This document shows, piece by piece, positions 10,679 through 21,103 of a stretch of DNA of 54,381 nt. Numbering within the stretch: position 1 is the first letter of the stretch; the number at the start of each line of letters is the position of its first letter. The stretch lies in sequence record SRR31156797_302; one strand, written 5' to 3'. Both the position numbers and the translations under genes were made by a program. The notes under the pieces were generated by a model. It was not told where the DNA came from, made no database searches, and was given only the letters and a program-made list of their open reading frames with translations.

Positions 10679-11770
10679 CTAAGAACTACTTGTCGTCGTG
10701 CTGCTTGCGGAATTCTCTGTTTGTTCGTTCGTCGTGTCGTCTGTTGAAGAGTTGTCTTGAGAATTCTCACTATTCACTGCTTCATTGCTATCATTGTTTG
10801 ATTGATTCTCCGTAGTAGCTTCTGCAACCGGTGTGATTTGGATCGTCACGACCGTTGGATTGATTGTTGTCCCCTCAGGCACTGGAATGGTTACTGTCCG
10901 TTCCGTCGTTGTCGTGATCTCACTAACGTCCACCGGCACACCGATCTGTTGGGTTTCATCCAAGATTCTTTGTGGTCCTGTCAGAACGGCACTGATACTG
11001 CTCATGCGATAAATGTAATGGGAGATCCCGTCTGGAGTTGTCCCTTGTTGTGTAACAAACAATTCAATTTCTTTGCTTGGAGCCTCCATCACCAATGCAA
11101 CATCTACCGAATCAGGATCCGCGATGATCGCTAATGGATTGTTGTCGCTATCCCAGGCTTCGATGGTTCCATTGACAGTGATCGAATCCCCAGTGATATC
11201 ATCTGGATTTACGATCGCTACCACTCGGTCGATTTCAGCTAATGTTTGATCGCCAGTTGTGATTTCTACTTTCTGCGGATCGACACTCATTGAATCGACG
11301 CCGTAACCACTCGTTGCTCCGTCAGTGGAGATGATGGGTTCAACGGTAAACGTTTGGGTCACTTTTTTCTCGATCGTCACAGTGACTGTTTTTGGTTCGA
11401 TTTCAGCTGTGACGCTTGAACTAAGATTTTTTACTTCTAAAGGGACCTCATGGGTTCCTTCATCGAGCCCAGTCAAATCAGCTACGACTCGAAAGCTCCG
11501 TGTTTCCTCACTACGTTCTGCATTCAATTGTACACGATTTCGACTAGATAAAGTCACATCCACTGTTGTTTCAAATCCTTGGATGAAGTATTCATCCGTG
11601 TCGTAGGTGGTCTGAATCGGTACATTTTCGATCTCTTCCTCATAAGGATTTGATGTTCCCGCAAGATTGACTTGCAGACTTGATCCGCTGGCGATGAAAA
11701 ACAAAACCAGACTAAAGAACAGCGCTAGTATACCATAAAATACGTTTTGACGACGCTCTTTCTTGATCAT
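10679..11770 (-). CDS. cdaR: CdaR (YbbR-domain regulator of diadenylate cyclase)
   Basis: N-terminal TM helix, YbbR-type repeats, S/T/N-rich tail, located between cdaA and glmM. Confidence 0.88.
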   Translation of the reverse strand: MIKKERRQNVFYGILALFFSLVLFFIASGSSLQVNLAGTSNPYEEEIENVPIQTTYDTDEYFIQGFETTVDVTLSSRNRVQLNAERSEETRSFRVVADLTGLDEGTHEVPLEVKNLSSSVTAEIEPKTVTVTIEKKVTQTFTVEPIISTDGATSGYGVDSMSVDPQKVEITTGDQTLAEIDRVVAIVNPDDITGDSITVNGTIEAWDSDNNPLAIIADPDSVDVALVMEAPSKEIELFVTQQGTTPDGISHYIYRMSSISAVLTGPQRILDETQQIGVPVDVSEITTTTERTVTIPVPEGTTINPTVVTIQITPVAEATTENQSNNDSNEAVNSENSQDNSSTDDTTNEQTENSASSTTTSSS

Positions 11771-12648
11771 TTTCTTCCTCCTTTGTTGACCCCTTCAAAG
11801 AAAGATTGCAGCAAGTTGCGTTTGCCAGGTTTTTCTTCCGGAACTAATTCGCGATTCAACACGTCGAGATACTCTTGGCGAGAAAGTTCAGTCAACATGC
11901 GATTATTTAGCGTAATACTAACGTCGCCGGTTTCTTCTGAGACGATAATGGTCAATGCGTCACTGACTTCTGATATCCCAACAGCTGCTCTATGACGTGT
12001 CCCGAATTCTTTCGGAATCAGTGGACTTTCTGACAATGGCAAGTAGGCACTAGCAACAGCGATCTTATCATCTCTTAAAATGACTGCACCATCATGCAGC
12101 GGTGTATTAGGAATAAAAATATTGATCAGTAGTTCGCCCGTCACATCCGCATCTAAGGGAATCCCAGTTTCGATGTATTCTTCTAAACCAGTCGTCCGCT
12201 CGATCGTGATCAATGCACCGATCTTTCGTTTTGCCATATATTGAACAGCTTTGTCCAGTGCTTGGACCAAAACTTCATCCCGCCGTTTTTCGTTTTTAGA
12301 AGTCTTGAAGAAAGAGCTGCGTCCAAGATGCTCTAGCCCCCGTCGAATTTCTGGTTGGAAAATAACAATTGCGGCGATCACCCCATAAGTAATGACTTGA
12401 TCCATCAACCAAGATAGCGTCTTTAATCCTACGATACCAGCCAAAAACCTTAGAACAATGAACAGTCCGACTCCTTTGAACAACTGGATCGCTTTTGTCC
12501 CTCGCACAAGCTGGATAAGCTTATAAACCAAGTACCAAACAACGATCACATCTAAAACATTTACTAAAAAAGACCAAGAAAATATATCAAATGAGAGCAA
12601 TTCTCTCCAATAATCTAAATTAAAAAAATCCCTGAAATTTATCAACAT
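11767..12648 (-). CDS. cdaA: Diadenylate cyclase CdaA/DacA
   Basis: Three TM helices, PLHDGA and GTRHRAA catalytic motifs. Confidence 0.96.
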   Translation of the reverse strand: MLINFRDFFNLDYWRELLSFDIFSWSFLVNVLDVIVVWYLVYKLIQLVRGTKAIQLFKGVGLFIVLRFLAGIVGLKTLSWLMDQVITYGVIAAIVIFQPEIRRGLEHLGRSSFFKTSKNEKRRDEVLVQALDKAVQYMAKRKIGALITIERTTGLEEYIETGIPLDADVTGELLINIFIPNTPLHDGAVILRDDKIAVASAYLPLSESPLIPKEFGTRHRAAVGISEVSDALTIIVSEETGDVSITLNNRMLTELSRQEYLDVLNRELVPEEKPGKRNLLQSFFEGVNKGGRK

Positions 12649-12861
12649 AAACAGCCTTCCTTTATTCTTAAGACTTCAGATAATAGTATAACATAGGACC
12701 TCTTCAAAGATTTGAAAAAAAACAAATTTATGAAAAAGTTTTGAAAAAATAAACAGCTCTTTTATTTAGTTTACCATTATCATGAAATCATTGTTTGTCA
12801 AAGGTCTTAGAAGATTTCATCTAAAAGAGCTTCTTGCACGCATTTCATAGGAAAAACAACA

Positions 12862-12905
12862 AACGACCCTGAAAAAACGTGATAAAGCGTTTTTCCAGGG
12901 TCGTT
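12862..12905 (-). terminator. PFOR terminator
   Basis: AACGACCCTGGAAAAACG...CGTTTTTTCAGGGTCGTT followed by TGTTGTTTTT. Confidence 0.75.
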
Positions 12906-12918
12906 CCTCAGCTAGCGA

Positions 12919-15900
12919 TTATTCTTGCTGACGACGTTTTGCGCGCGCTGCACGCCGTGCTGCTCTTTCAGCGAGCTGTTCTTCGCTTAACGGCTGTTTT
13001 TCTCTTCGCACACGCTCCGTTTTTACTGCCATTGGTTGTTCTGTATCAGTACTTACATTTTTTTCAAGCTTTGCTCGAATTTTTTCTTCTTGACCTGCTA
13101 AGCGGGCATAGTTATAGAAACGAGTTTTCGCATCTGAAACGGTTTTTTCAAACAAGGCTTGCGCCGCATTGGGATTGGCAGACTGCAAGGAAGCAAATCG
13201 GACTTGGGTCTGCATAAAGGCAGGCATTTGATCAAATGCTGGCTTTTTGAAATCGAGCGTCATTGGCTGTTTCCCATTTTCTGCCAACAGCGGGTTATAG
13301 CGGTAGAGACTCCAATACCCTGATGCAACTGCTTCTTGCGCTTCTTTCAAGGATTGACGCATTCCGCCAGCAAGACCGTGAGTGATACATGGCGTATAGG
13401 CAATGATGATTGACGGTCCCGGGAACCGCTCGGCTTCTTCAAAGGCTTTGATCGTTTGCATTTGATTAGCACCAGATGCGATTTGTGCGACGTAGACATG
13501 TCCGTAGGTCATCGCCATCATTCCTAAATCTTTTTTGGAAACAAACTTGCCACTAGCAGCGAATTTAGCAATAGCCGAAGTTGGTGTCGCTTTGGAGACT
13601 TGCCCCCCCGTATTGGAATAAACTTCATTATCTAACACAAGAATATTGACATCTGCACCAGAAGCGAGAACATGATCGATACCGCCAAACCCAATATCAT
13701 ATGCCCAGCCATCGCCACCTATCATCCATTGGCTTGGCTTAACAAACAAATCTTTTTCCTGCAGAATTTTGTTCAGCTGAGGTGTCGTGGAAGCCTCAGC
13801 TTCTAAGGCGGCGATCAATTTTGCTGCTCGCTGCTGTGTCCCAGCACTTTCTTCTCGATGAAGGTCCCAATCATCAATCAAAGCCTGCAATTCTTCTGAT
13901 ACAGCGGCTTTCAATGACTGCAACTGGGCTGCTAATTTCTCCCGTCGGGTTTGGTTGGCTAAGAACATGCCATAGCCATATTCGGCATTGTCTTCAAACA
14001 GCGAGTTTGACCAAGCTGGACCCTGTCCTAAGTGATTGGTTGTATAAGGGGATACTGGTGAGGTTCCACCCCAAATCGAAGAGCAGCCGGTCGCATTGGC
14101 GATCATCATGCGATCACCAAACATTTGGGTCAGAAGTTTGACATAAGGGGTTTCCCCACAGCCCGCACAAGCACCAGAGAACTCCAATAAGGGCTTATTG
14201 AATTGGGAGCCCAAAACAGTTCCTGGTTTTGCTGGATTTTCCTTTTGGCGTAAAGTCATCGCAAAAGCCCAATTTAAAGCTTGCTCTTTTTGTTCTTCGT
14301 AAGGACGCATCGTCAAGGCTTTCCCTTTGGCGGGACATGCCTCCACACAAAGGCCGCAACCTGTACAATCTTCAACGGAAACTTGAATTCGATATTTTTG
14401 GCCGTTCGCTCCTCGCATCTCTCTGACGATAAAGCCTTCCGGTGCTTCGGTTAATTCATCTTCATCTGCCAAAAACGGGCGGATCGCCGCATGAGGACAG
14501 ACGAAGGCACACTCATTGCACATGGTACAGCGATCTGATAGCCACTCAGGCACTTCAACAGCGATGCCCCGCTTCTCAACCGCTGTTGTCCCGACAGGGA
14601 TCACCCCTTCAGTCATTTGGTTCCTTACGAGGGTGCCGACGGATAGTTGATTGCCTTCTTGACGGTTGATGGGTTCCACGATTTCCCGCACAAATTGTGT
14701 CATAGCAGTGGATGTCCTTTCCGGCACTTCGATTGTTGCCCACTCGCTTGGAACAGGGATTTCTTGTAATAATTCGATGGTGCGATCAATGGCTGCTTGG
14801 TTCTTTTCAACGATCGCCATCGATTTGTGCCGATAACTTTTCAGCGCCTCTTCTTTTAAAATCGGCAAGATTTCCTCGGTCGGAATGATGTTTGCCAAGT
14901 AAAAGAAGGCTGTTTCCATCGCGGTATTGATCCGCCCACCTAAGCCAACTTCCATTGCCAACTGCATGGCGTTGATGGTATAAAAACGGATCTCGTTTTC
15001 AGCAAGATAACGTTTCATCTTCTTCGGTAGATTATATAAAATTTGCTCTTGTGACCAGGTCGTATTTAATAAAAAGGTTCCGCCTTTTTTGAGTCCTTTC
15101 AGCAAATCATACGTATGCAAATACGCAGGCGTATGACATGCAACGAAATCCGCGTGTTCGATCAGATAGGTAGAACGAATGGGGGTATCCCCAAATCGCA
15201 GATGGGAAACCGTTAGACCACCAGATTTTTTCGAATCATAGTGGAAATAGCCTTGCACATATTTTTCGGTATGGTCACCGATGATTTTGATTGCTGACTT
15301 ATTCGCCCCAACGGTCCCATCAGAGCCGAATCCCCAGAATTTCGCTTGGAAGGTGGATGGATCAGTTAGATCTAGCGTGCCTTTTGAGGGCAACGACAAT
15401 TGCGTCACATCATCCGTGATCCCAATGGTGAAGCGTTTCTTTTGGCTCGCTTTTGGCTTAATCAATTCGTCATAAACGGCAACGATTTGATCAGGCGTCA
15501 CATCTTTTGACCCAAGACCATAGCGTCCACCAATGATCGTCGGCCGAATCGCTGCATCATACATGGCACTTTGCACATCCAAAAGCAAAGACTCTCCGTT
15601 GGCACCAGGTTCTTTGCTGCGATCCAATACAGCGATACTTTTGACGGTAGCAGGCATTTTTTCTAAGAAGACTTCTAATGGGAATGGTCGATACAGATGG
15701 ATCGACAAGACTCCCACCTTGCGTCCAGAAGCGCACAAATGATCCACCGTTTGCTGGATCGTTTGCGTTGAGGACCCCATCGAAACGATAACTTCTTCGG
15801 CGTCCGCAGCACCATAATAGTCCACTAAATCATAGTTGGTTCCTCTTAAAGCATTGATTTTCTTCATGTAAAAACGAACGATCTCAGGCAATGTTTGATA

Positions 15901-16602
15901 GTGCTGATTGATCGTTTCCCGCTGTTGAAAATGGATATCAGGATTTTGATTCGTCCCACTCGTTGTTGGGTGATTCGGATTCATCGCTTTTTGACGAAAA
16001 GCAGCCAACTTTTCATGATTAACCAGTTGTGCGAGTTCTTCATAGTCCAGCACCTCGATTTTTTGAATCTCGTGACTGGTTCGGAAACCATCAAAAAAGT
16101 TTAAAAATGGAATGTTGGCTTCAATTGCTGCTAAATGAGCGACTGGCGCTAAATCCATTACTTCTTGAACACTGCTTTCCGCTAGCATAGCAAAGCCTGT
16201 TTGTCGAGTGGCCATTACGTCGGTATGATCTCCGAAAATATTCAAGGCATTGGTTGTTACTGCTCGGCTGGCGACATGAAAGACGCCTGGCAGCATTTCC
16301 CCAGCAATCTTGTACATATTTGGTACCATTAACAAAAGTCCCTGAGATGCCGTATAGGTCGTCGTTAAGGCACCGGTTTTTAATGAGCCGTGAACCACAC
16401 CCGCCGCCCCTGCTTCAGATTGCATTTCAACCACTTTCACCGGCTGCCCAAAAAGATTATGCTTTCCCTGAGCAGACCACTGATCCACTAATTCAGCCAT
16501 GGTTGAACTAGGGGTTATCGGATAGATCGCCGCAAGTTCCGTAAAGGCATAGGAAATATAGGCAGCTGCCGTATTGCCATCCATTGTTTTTCTTTTTCTC
16601 AT
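12919..16602 (-). CDS. nifJ: Pyruvate:ferredoxin (flavodoxin) oxidoreductase
   Basis: YPITPSS, EMQSEAGAAG, two CxxCxxCxxxCP clusters, GDGWAYDIG TPP motif, 1227 aa. Confidence 0.96.
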   Translation of the reverse strand: MRKRKTMDGNTAAAYISYAFTELAAIYPITPSSTMAELVDQWSAQGKHNLFGQPVKVVEMQSEAGAAGVVHGSLKTGALTTTYTASQGLLLMVPNMYKIAGEMLPGVFHVASRAVTTNALNIFGDHTDVMATRQTGFAMLAESSVQEVMDLAPVAHLAAIEANIPFLNFFDGFRTSHEIQKIEVLDYEELAQLVNHEKLAAFRQKAMNPNHPTTSGTNQNPDIHFQQRETINQHYQTLPEIVRFYMKKINALRGTNYDLVDYYGAADAEEVIVSMGSSTQTIQQTVDHLCASGRKVGVLSIHLYRPFPLEVFLEKMPATVKSIAVLDRSKEPGANGESLLLDVQSAMYDAAIRPTIIGGRYGLGSKDVTPDQIVAVYDELIKPKASQKKRFTIGITDDVTQLSLPSKGTLDLTDPSTFQAKFWGFGSDGTVGANKSAIKIIGDHTEKYVQGYFHYDSKKSGGLTVSHLRFGDTPIRSTYLIEHADFVACHTPAYLHTYDLLKGLKKGGTFLLNTTWSQEQILYNLPKKMKRYLAENEIRFYTINAMQLAMEVGLGGRINTAMETAFFYLANIIPTEEILPILKEEALKSYRHKSMAIVEKNQAAIDRTIELLQEIPVPSEWATIEVPERTSTAMTQFVREIVEPINRQEGNQLSVGTLVRNQMTEGVIPVGTTAVEKRGIAVEVPEWLSDRCTMCNECAFVCPHAAIRPFLADEDELTEAPEGFIVREMRGANGQKYRIQVSVEDCTGCGLCVEACPAKGKALTMRPYEEQKEQALNWAFAMTLRQKENPAKPGTVLGSQFNKPLLEFSGACAGCGETPYVKLLTQMFGDRMMIANATGCSSIWGGTSPVSPYTTNHLGQGPAWSNSLFEDNAEYGYGMFLANQTRREKLAAQLQSLKAAVSEELQALIDDWDLHREESAGTQQRAAKLIAALEAEASTTPQLNKILQEKDLFVKPSQWMIGGDGWAYDIGFGGIDHVLASGADVNILVLDNEVYSNTGGQVSKATPTSAIAKFAASGKFVSKKDLGMMAMTYGHVYVAQIASGANQMQTIKAFEEAERFPGPSIIIAYTPCITHGLAGGMRQSLKEAQEAVASGYWSLYRYNPLLAENGKQPMTLDFKKPAFDQMPAFMQTQVRFASLQSANPNAAQALFEKTVSDAKTRFYNYARLAGQEEKIRAKLEKNVSTDTEQPMAVKTERVRREKQPLSEEQLAERAARRAARAKRRQQE

Positions 16603-16829
16603 CTATATAACTTCCTTTAATCATCATTTTGCACAATAAAACACAATTTATTATAGCTGAAAATCAAGGAATATAAAAGCACCGGCTGGGTAATTTTCTT
16701 TATTTCGTGAAACGAAATACATAGTATTTAGCTAATTTTCCTCCTCATTTCACAGACTCGGATCAAAAGACCTGAGGCTTTTCTTTCAGTAGAAACTTCG
16801 GTAAACTAAAAGAAAAAGGAGGAATCTTA

Positions 16830-17345
16830 ATGGATATTTCAATCATCAAAGCACAAGAAACAAATGCGGTAACAGGGATACATATCGGAGACCCTTCCGC
16901 TAAACCGATCGTCGAATTTATGAATTTGCGTTGTCCTTATTGTCGGCAATGGTTTGAGGAATCGTTACCGACCTTAAGTGAAGCTGTCACAGCTGGGAAA
17001 CTACGCCGTGTCATCAAATTATTCGACAAAGAAAAAGAATCATTGCAACGAGGCAATGTGATGCATCGGTTTGTTTCCAGTACAGATCCTCAGGCAACGA
17101 TCGCTGAGATTACAAAAATTTATCAAACACAAGACGAATGGGGTCATTTATCTTTAAATGAAGTGGCAGAATATGCGAAAAATACCTTAGGGCTATCTGA
17201 ACAAAATCATCCTGCGATCGCCGGAGAAATTGTGGAAGAAGCGAAAAACGCCAACATTCAATTTGTGCCAACGATTATCTTAGATGGGCACATTTTTGAT
17301 GAATCGATCACTGCTGAGGAATTAACTGCATTGATCAATGAGTAA
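16830..17345 (+). CDS. Thioredoxin-fold DsbA/BdbD-like protein without signal peptide
   Basis: GDPSAKPIVEFMNLRCPYC motif and VPT cis-Pro loop, AGGAGG RBS. Confidence 0.85.
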   Translation: MDISIIKAQETNAVTGIHIGDPSAKPIVEFMNLRCPYCRQWFEESLPTLSEAVTAGKLRRVIKLFDKEKESLQRGNVMHRFVSSTDPQATIAEITKIYQTQDEWGHLSLNEVAEYAKNTLGLSEQNHPAIAGEIVEEAKNANIQFVPTIILDGHIFDESITAEELTALINE

Positions 17346-17353
17346 CCACAAAT

Positions 17354-17411
17354 AAAAGAGCAGGAGCAGATTTGACGCGAACATCCACGTCAAATCTGCT
17401 CCTGCTCTTTT
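17354..17411. terminator. Bidirectional terminator (24-bp perfect inverted repeat)
   Basis: AAAAGAGCAGGAGCAGATTTGACG-10 nt-CGTCAAATCTGCTCCTGCTCTTTT between convergent genes. Confidence 0.85.
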
Positions 17412-17433
17412 GATTCATTTTTATTCCATTCGA

Positions 17434-18369
17434 CTAGCTGACTTGTTCACGAAGATGATCGGCAAATTCGTTGATTTTTCGAATGCGATGATTGATCCCT
17501 GATTTCGAGATCGCTCCTGATGGAATCATTTCTCCTAGCTCTTTCAAGCTGACCTCGGGATGTTCCAAACGTAATTCGGCGATTTCTTGCAGCTTTTCAG
17601 GTAGAGCTTGCAAGCCAACTCGATCTTGAATAAACTCGATATTGTCGATCTGCTTCGAAGCAGCGTCGATCGTTTTGTTCATATTGGCGGTTTCACAATT
17701 CACCAAACGGTTGACTGAGTTACGCATGTCTCGCACGATCCGCACGTCCTCGAATTTCAACATGGAATTGGTGGCACCGATCAGTGTCAAAAAATCAGCG
17801 ATTTTCTCAGCGCCTTTCAAGTAAGAAATATACCCATTTCTACGTTCTAATGCACGGGCATTCAAACCATATGCGTTTAGCATATCGCAAATATCTTGGT
17901 TATGCTCCTCGTAGATGGAATAAATCTCTAAGTGATAGCGGCTGGTTTCTGGATTGTTGATCGATCCTGATGCCATGAAAGCCCCTCGTAAATAGGAACG
18001 CATTTTTTGAGTATTGCCCATGATCTCATCAGAAACATGGCTTTGAAACATCAGCCCATCCATGATATCTAAGTCCAAAAGCACGCGCTTTGTCTCTTGC
18101 TTCAAACGAACGATGTAGACGTTGTTCTTTTTTAATTTCATTTTGCGACGGACCAGCAACTCGCTGCGCACGTCGTAATGATCTTTTAGTAAAGAGTAAA
18201 TACGTCTGGCAATCGCCGCGTTTTCTGTTTGAACGTTTAAAACAAATTGCTGGTTGTTGATACTTAATGACCCATTCATCCGAATCAAAGCTGCCAGTTC
18301 TGCCTTGGCATGTTCGCGATGAACTTCTAATGCAGTCAATTCTTTTTTTACTTCTGCTGCAAAGGACAT
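17434..18369 (-). CDS. whiA: DNA-binding protein WhiA
   Basis: [40 protein letters not shown]. Confidence 0.96.
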   Translation of the reverse strand: MSFAAEVKKELTALEVHREHAKAELAALIRMNGSLSINNQQFVLNVQTENAAIARRIYSLLKDHYDVRSELLVRRKMKLKKNNVYIVRLKQETKRVLLDLDIMDGLMFQSHVSDEIMGNTQKMRSYLRGAFMASGSINNPETSRYHLEIYSIYEEHNQDICDMLNAYGLNARALERRNGYISYLKGAEKIADFLTLIGATNSMLKFEDVRIVRDMRNSVNRLVNCETANMNKTIDAASKQIDNIEFIQDRVGLQALPEKLQEIAELRLEHPEVSLKELGEMIPSGAISKSGINHRIRKINEFADHLREQVS

Positions 18370-18387
18370 AAAAAAATCCCTCCTTTC

Positions 18388-19389
18388 TTAGATTTTGGCC
18401 CCGTAAACGATACGTAGAAGTTCTTCAATCACTTTATCTCCGTCATGAAAAACTCCGCCATCTCTAAGCTCCAGAAAGTCAGCTGAAATGACACGGCTGG
18501 CTTCTTCTCGCAGTCCTTGGAAATCGTGTTTCACTTGTACAAGATATTCATCATAAATCTCTGGGTCCATATATCCTTCTGGAACTTTCTCGGTGTTGAC
18601 TAACACCGTATCAATAAAGGGTTTGCCTAAATGCTTATGCAAGACTCGCACATGGTCGGCATCACTAAAGTGTTCGGTTTCACCTTTTTGGGTCATGATA
18701 TTACAAATATAAACCGTTTCAGCTTGTGTTTCCAACATTGCTTGGCCGATCTCGCTGATCATGAGATTGGGCAAAATACTAGTAAAGAGACTACCAGGAC
18801 CCAAGACGATCATATCTGCCTCCATAATTGAAGAAACAACTTTACGAGCTGCTTTCGGCTCATCATTGTTTTCTTGATTACGAACAAAGACCCGTTCGAT
18901 CGTTTTGCGATCAACCGCGATTTTGGACTCGCCTACCGCTTCGGTGCCGTCTTTAAAAACAGCGTGCAACACCAATGGCAGATCTGAGGAAGGATATACT
19001 CGTCCATCGATATGCATGATTTTCGACAAAATTTGAATGGCTTCATAGGTACTGCTACGCATTTCAGCAATCGCCGCAATAATCAAGTTCCCAAGGGCAT
19101 GATTGGCTAAAAATTTGTCTTCCGCTTTAAAACGGTATTGAAAAATATCATTATACAATTGCGGCATATCAGATAGAGCCGCCAGAACATTGCGCAGATC
19201 CCCCGGTGGTGAAATAGAGGAAACCAAATTGCGGATCTCGCCGCTGCTACCGCCATCATCAGCGACCGTAACGATCGCTGTGATGTCGACACCTTGATTC
19301 CGCAAGCTCTTCAGGATGACTGGTAACCCAGTTCCGCCACCTACCACAACGATCTTCGGCTTTCTGATTCGGTACGTTTTCATTTTCAT
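18388..19389 (-). CDS. yvcK: YvcK/GlmR family UDP-GlcNAc-binding protein
   Basis: [32 protein letters not shown]. Confidence 0.93.
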   Translation of the reverse strand: MKMKTYRIRKPKIVVVGGGTGLPVILKSLRNQGVDITAIVTVADDGGSSGEIRNLVSSISPPGDLRNVLAALSDMPQLYNDIFQYRFKAEDKFLANHALGNLIIAAIAEMRSSTYEAIQILSKIMHIDGRVYPSSDLPLVLHAVFKDGTEAVGESKIAVDRKTIERVFVRNQENNDEPKAARKVVSSIMEADMIVLGPGSLFTSILPNLMISEIGQAMLETQAETVYICNIMTQKGETEHFSDADHVRVLHKHLGKPFIDTVLVNTEKVPEGYMDPEIYDEYLVQVKHDFQGLREEASRVISADFLELRDGGVFHDGDKVIEELLRIVYGAKI

Positions 19390-20276
19390 GAACGATTCAC
19401 CGTCTCTTTGCGCTTATCTTTGTCGCGATGAGTAATATTGACGCGATAGTCTTCTGCCAAAACCGCACCGATGCGCTCCGATAATGCAACCGAACGGTGT
19501 TGACCCCCAGTACAGCCGATAGCCACCGTCAAGCTGCTTTTGCCTTCCTTCACATAGCCTGGCATGATCGTTTGCAACAGTGTACTAAATTGCTGATAGA
19601 ATTCTTCCGTTTCTGGAAAAGACATGACGTAATCATACACGGGTTCATCTTTACCCGTTAAAGGACGCAACTCTGGAATGTAATGGGGATTCGGTAAGAA
19701 ACGAACATCCATCACGATATCAGCATCGATCGGCAAGCCATACTTGAAGCCAAACGAAAGTATTTCAATACGAAACCCTGTCTCATGAGAAGCACGAAAT
19801 TCTTGATTGATTTTTTCTCTCAGTTGCCGTGGGGTCAACGTCGTTGTGTCGATAACAATACTGGCACGCGTCTTCAAATCGTTTAAGATCGCTCGCTCTT
19901 TGCGAATGCCTTCCGTAACTAAGCCATCCATCGCTAATGGATGTGCTCTTCTCGTTTCCTTATATCTTGACACCAATTCATTGTCCGATGCATCTAAAAA
20001 GAGCATCCGTGTGTCGATAAAATTCGTGTTTTCAATATCGATCAGCATACTTTGGATTTCTTCAAAAAACGATCTTGAACGCAGATCGACAACTAAGGCA
20101 ATTTTTGTCACTTTTCCTGATTCTTTGATCAGTTCCCAAAATTTAGGGATCAAGCTTGGGGGCATATTGTCGATACAAAAGTACCCCATATCTTCAAAAC
20201 TCTGGATAGCGACCGTTTTGCCGGCTCCGCTCATCCCAGTAATAATGACCAATTCTAAATGATCCACTTCAGTCAT
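19386..20276 (-). CDS. rapZ: RapZ/YvcJ P-loop nucleotide-binding protein
   Basis: [26 protein letters not shown]. Start moved to ATG 20276 after AAGGAG. Confidence 0.95.
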   Translation of the reverse strand: MTEVDHLELVIITGMSGAGKTVAIQSFEDMGYFCIDNMPPSLIPKFWELIKESGKVTKIALVVDLRSRSFFEEIQSMLIDIENTNFIDTRMLFLDASDNELVSRYKETRRAHPLAMDGLVTEGIRKERAILNDLKTRASIVIDTTTLTPRQLREKINQEFRASHETGFRIEILSFGFKYGLPIDADIVMDVRFLPNPHYIPELRPLTGKDEPVYDYVMSFPETEEFYQQFSTLLQTIMPGYVKEGKSSLTVAIGCTGGQHRSVALSERIGAVLAEDYRVNITHRDKDKRKETVNRS

Positions 20277-20341
20277 AGGTAAAACTCCTTTCTGAAACAA
20301 CTCTATTATATCATGCCGGGCGTATCATTGGAACACCGGCA

Positions 20342-20380
20342 TAAAAAAAGACGTTAGCTCAAAAAATGCCGCTAACGTCG
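20342..20380 (-). terminator. Terminator after the aspartate racemase gene
   Basis: GACGTTAGC...GCTAACGTC followed by TTTTTTT on minus strand. Confidence 0.7.
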
Positions 20381-20389
20381 CTATCAGCT

Positions 20390-21100
20390 TTAGATTGCTT
20401 GGCGATTTGCCAATGCTTTTTCAATCGTCCGATCAACTAAAATCGATTGGGCATCCACGACTGGATAAGGATTGTCAGTCACAAATTCATCCATCAAGGA
20501 TAACTCGGTACATCCAAGTACTACGCTTTCACAGCCGATGCGTTCGGTGACTTCTTCCAGTATCTCAAAGTAAAGTTCTTGATCCAGATGATCATTTTCT
20601 TTGATTCGATCATAGATCAATGTATTGACCTTTTTTTGGATCGCTGGCTCTGGGAGATAGACATCAAGTCCCAACTGGCGCAATTCTTTCTCATAGATGC
20701 CGGCTTTGACACTGCCTTCTGTCCCAAGAAAGGCCACTTTTCCAGTGACGCCTTTTTCAAAAACGACTTTCGCTGCCTCACGAGGCATATGCAAAATCTC
20801 AATCTCAGTAGCCGCTTGCAACTCATCAAAAAAATAATGCGCTGTGTTACAAGTCAACACAATAAAATTTGGCTTTAATAAATTTTGTTTTTCGATGTCG
20901 TCCATTAAATAAGGAACAGGGTTTTCTAACGTATTGTCTAAAATATATGCCGTCCGATCCGGTACTGTCGCATGATTGAATAAAACATAGTTCAAGTAAT
21001 CTTGGTCTTTATGGGTCTGTGTCCGTCGGTTTAAAATGCGGACGAAACTTTCCGTCGCTAACGTTCCCATGCCGCCTAAAATACTAAAAAAATTCTCCAT
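20390..21100 (-). CDS. racD: Aspartate racemase (PLP-independent)
   Basis: LGGMG, CNTAH and LGCTELS two-cysteine racemase motifs. Adjacent to the D-Asp ligase. Confidence 0.88.
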   Translation of the reverse strand: MENFFSILGGMGTLATESFVRILNRRTQTHKDQDYLNYVLFNHATVPDRTAYILDNTLENPVPYLMDDIEKQNLLKPNFIVLTCNTAHYFFDELQAATEIEILHMPREAAKVVFEKGVTGKVAFLGTEGSVKAGIYEKELRQLGLDVYLPEPAIQKKVNTLIYDRIKENDHLDQELYFEILEEVTERIGCESVVLGCTELSLMDEFVTDNPYPVVDAQSILVDRTIEKALANRQAI

Positions 21101-21103
21101 CTT

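Noticed and set aside
17354-17411. 24-bp inverted repeat as MITE or CRISPR remnant
   Set aside because: Single copy in the window, no spacers or target duplication, and positioned as a bidirectional terminator.
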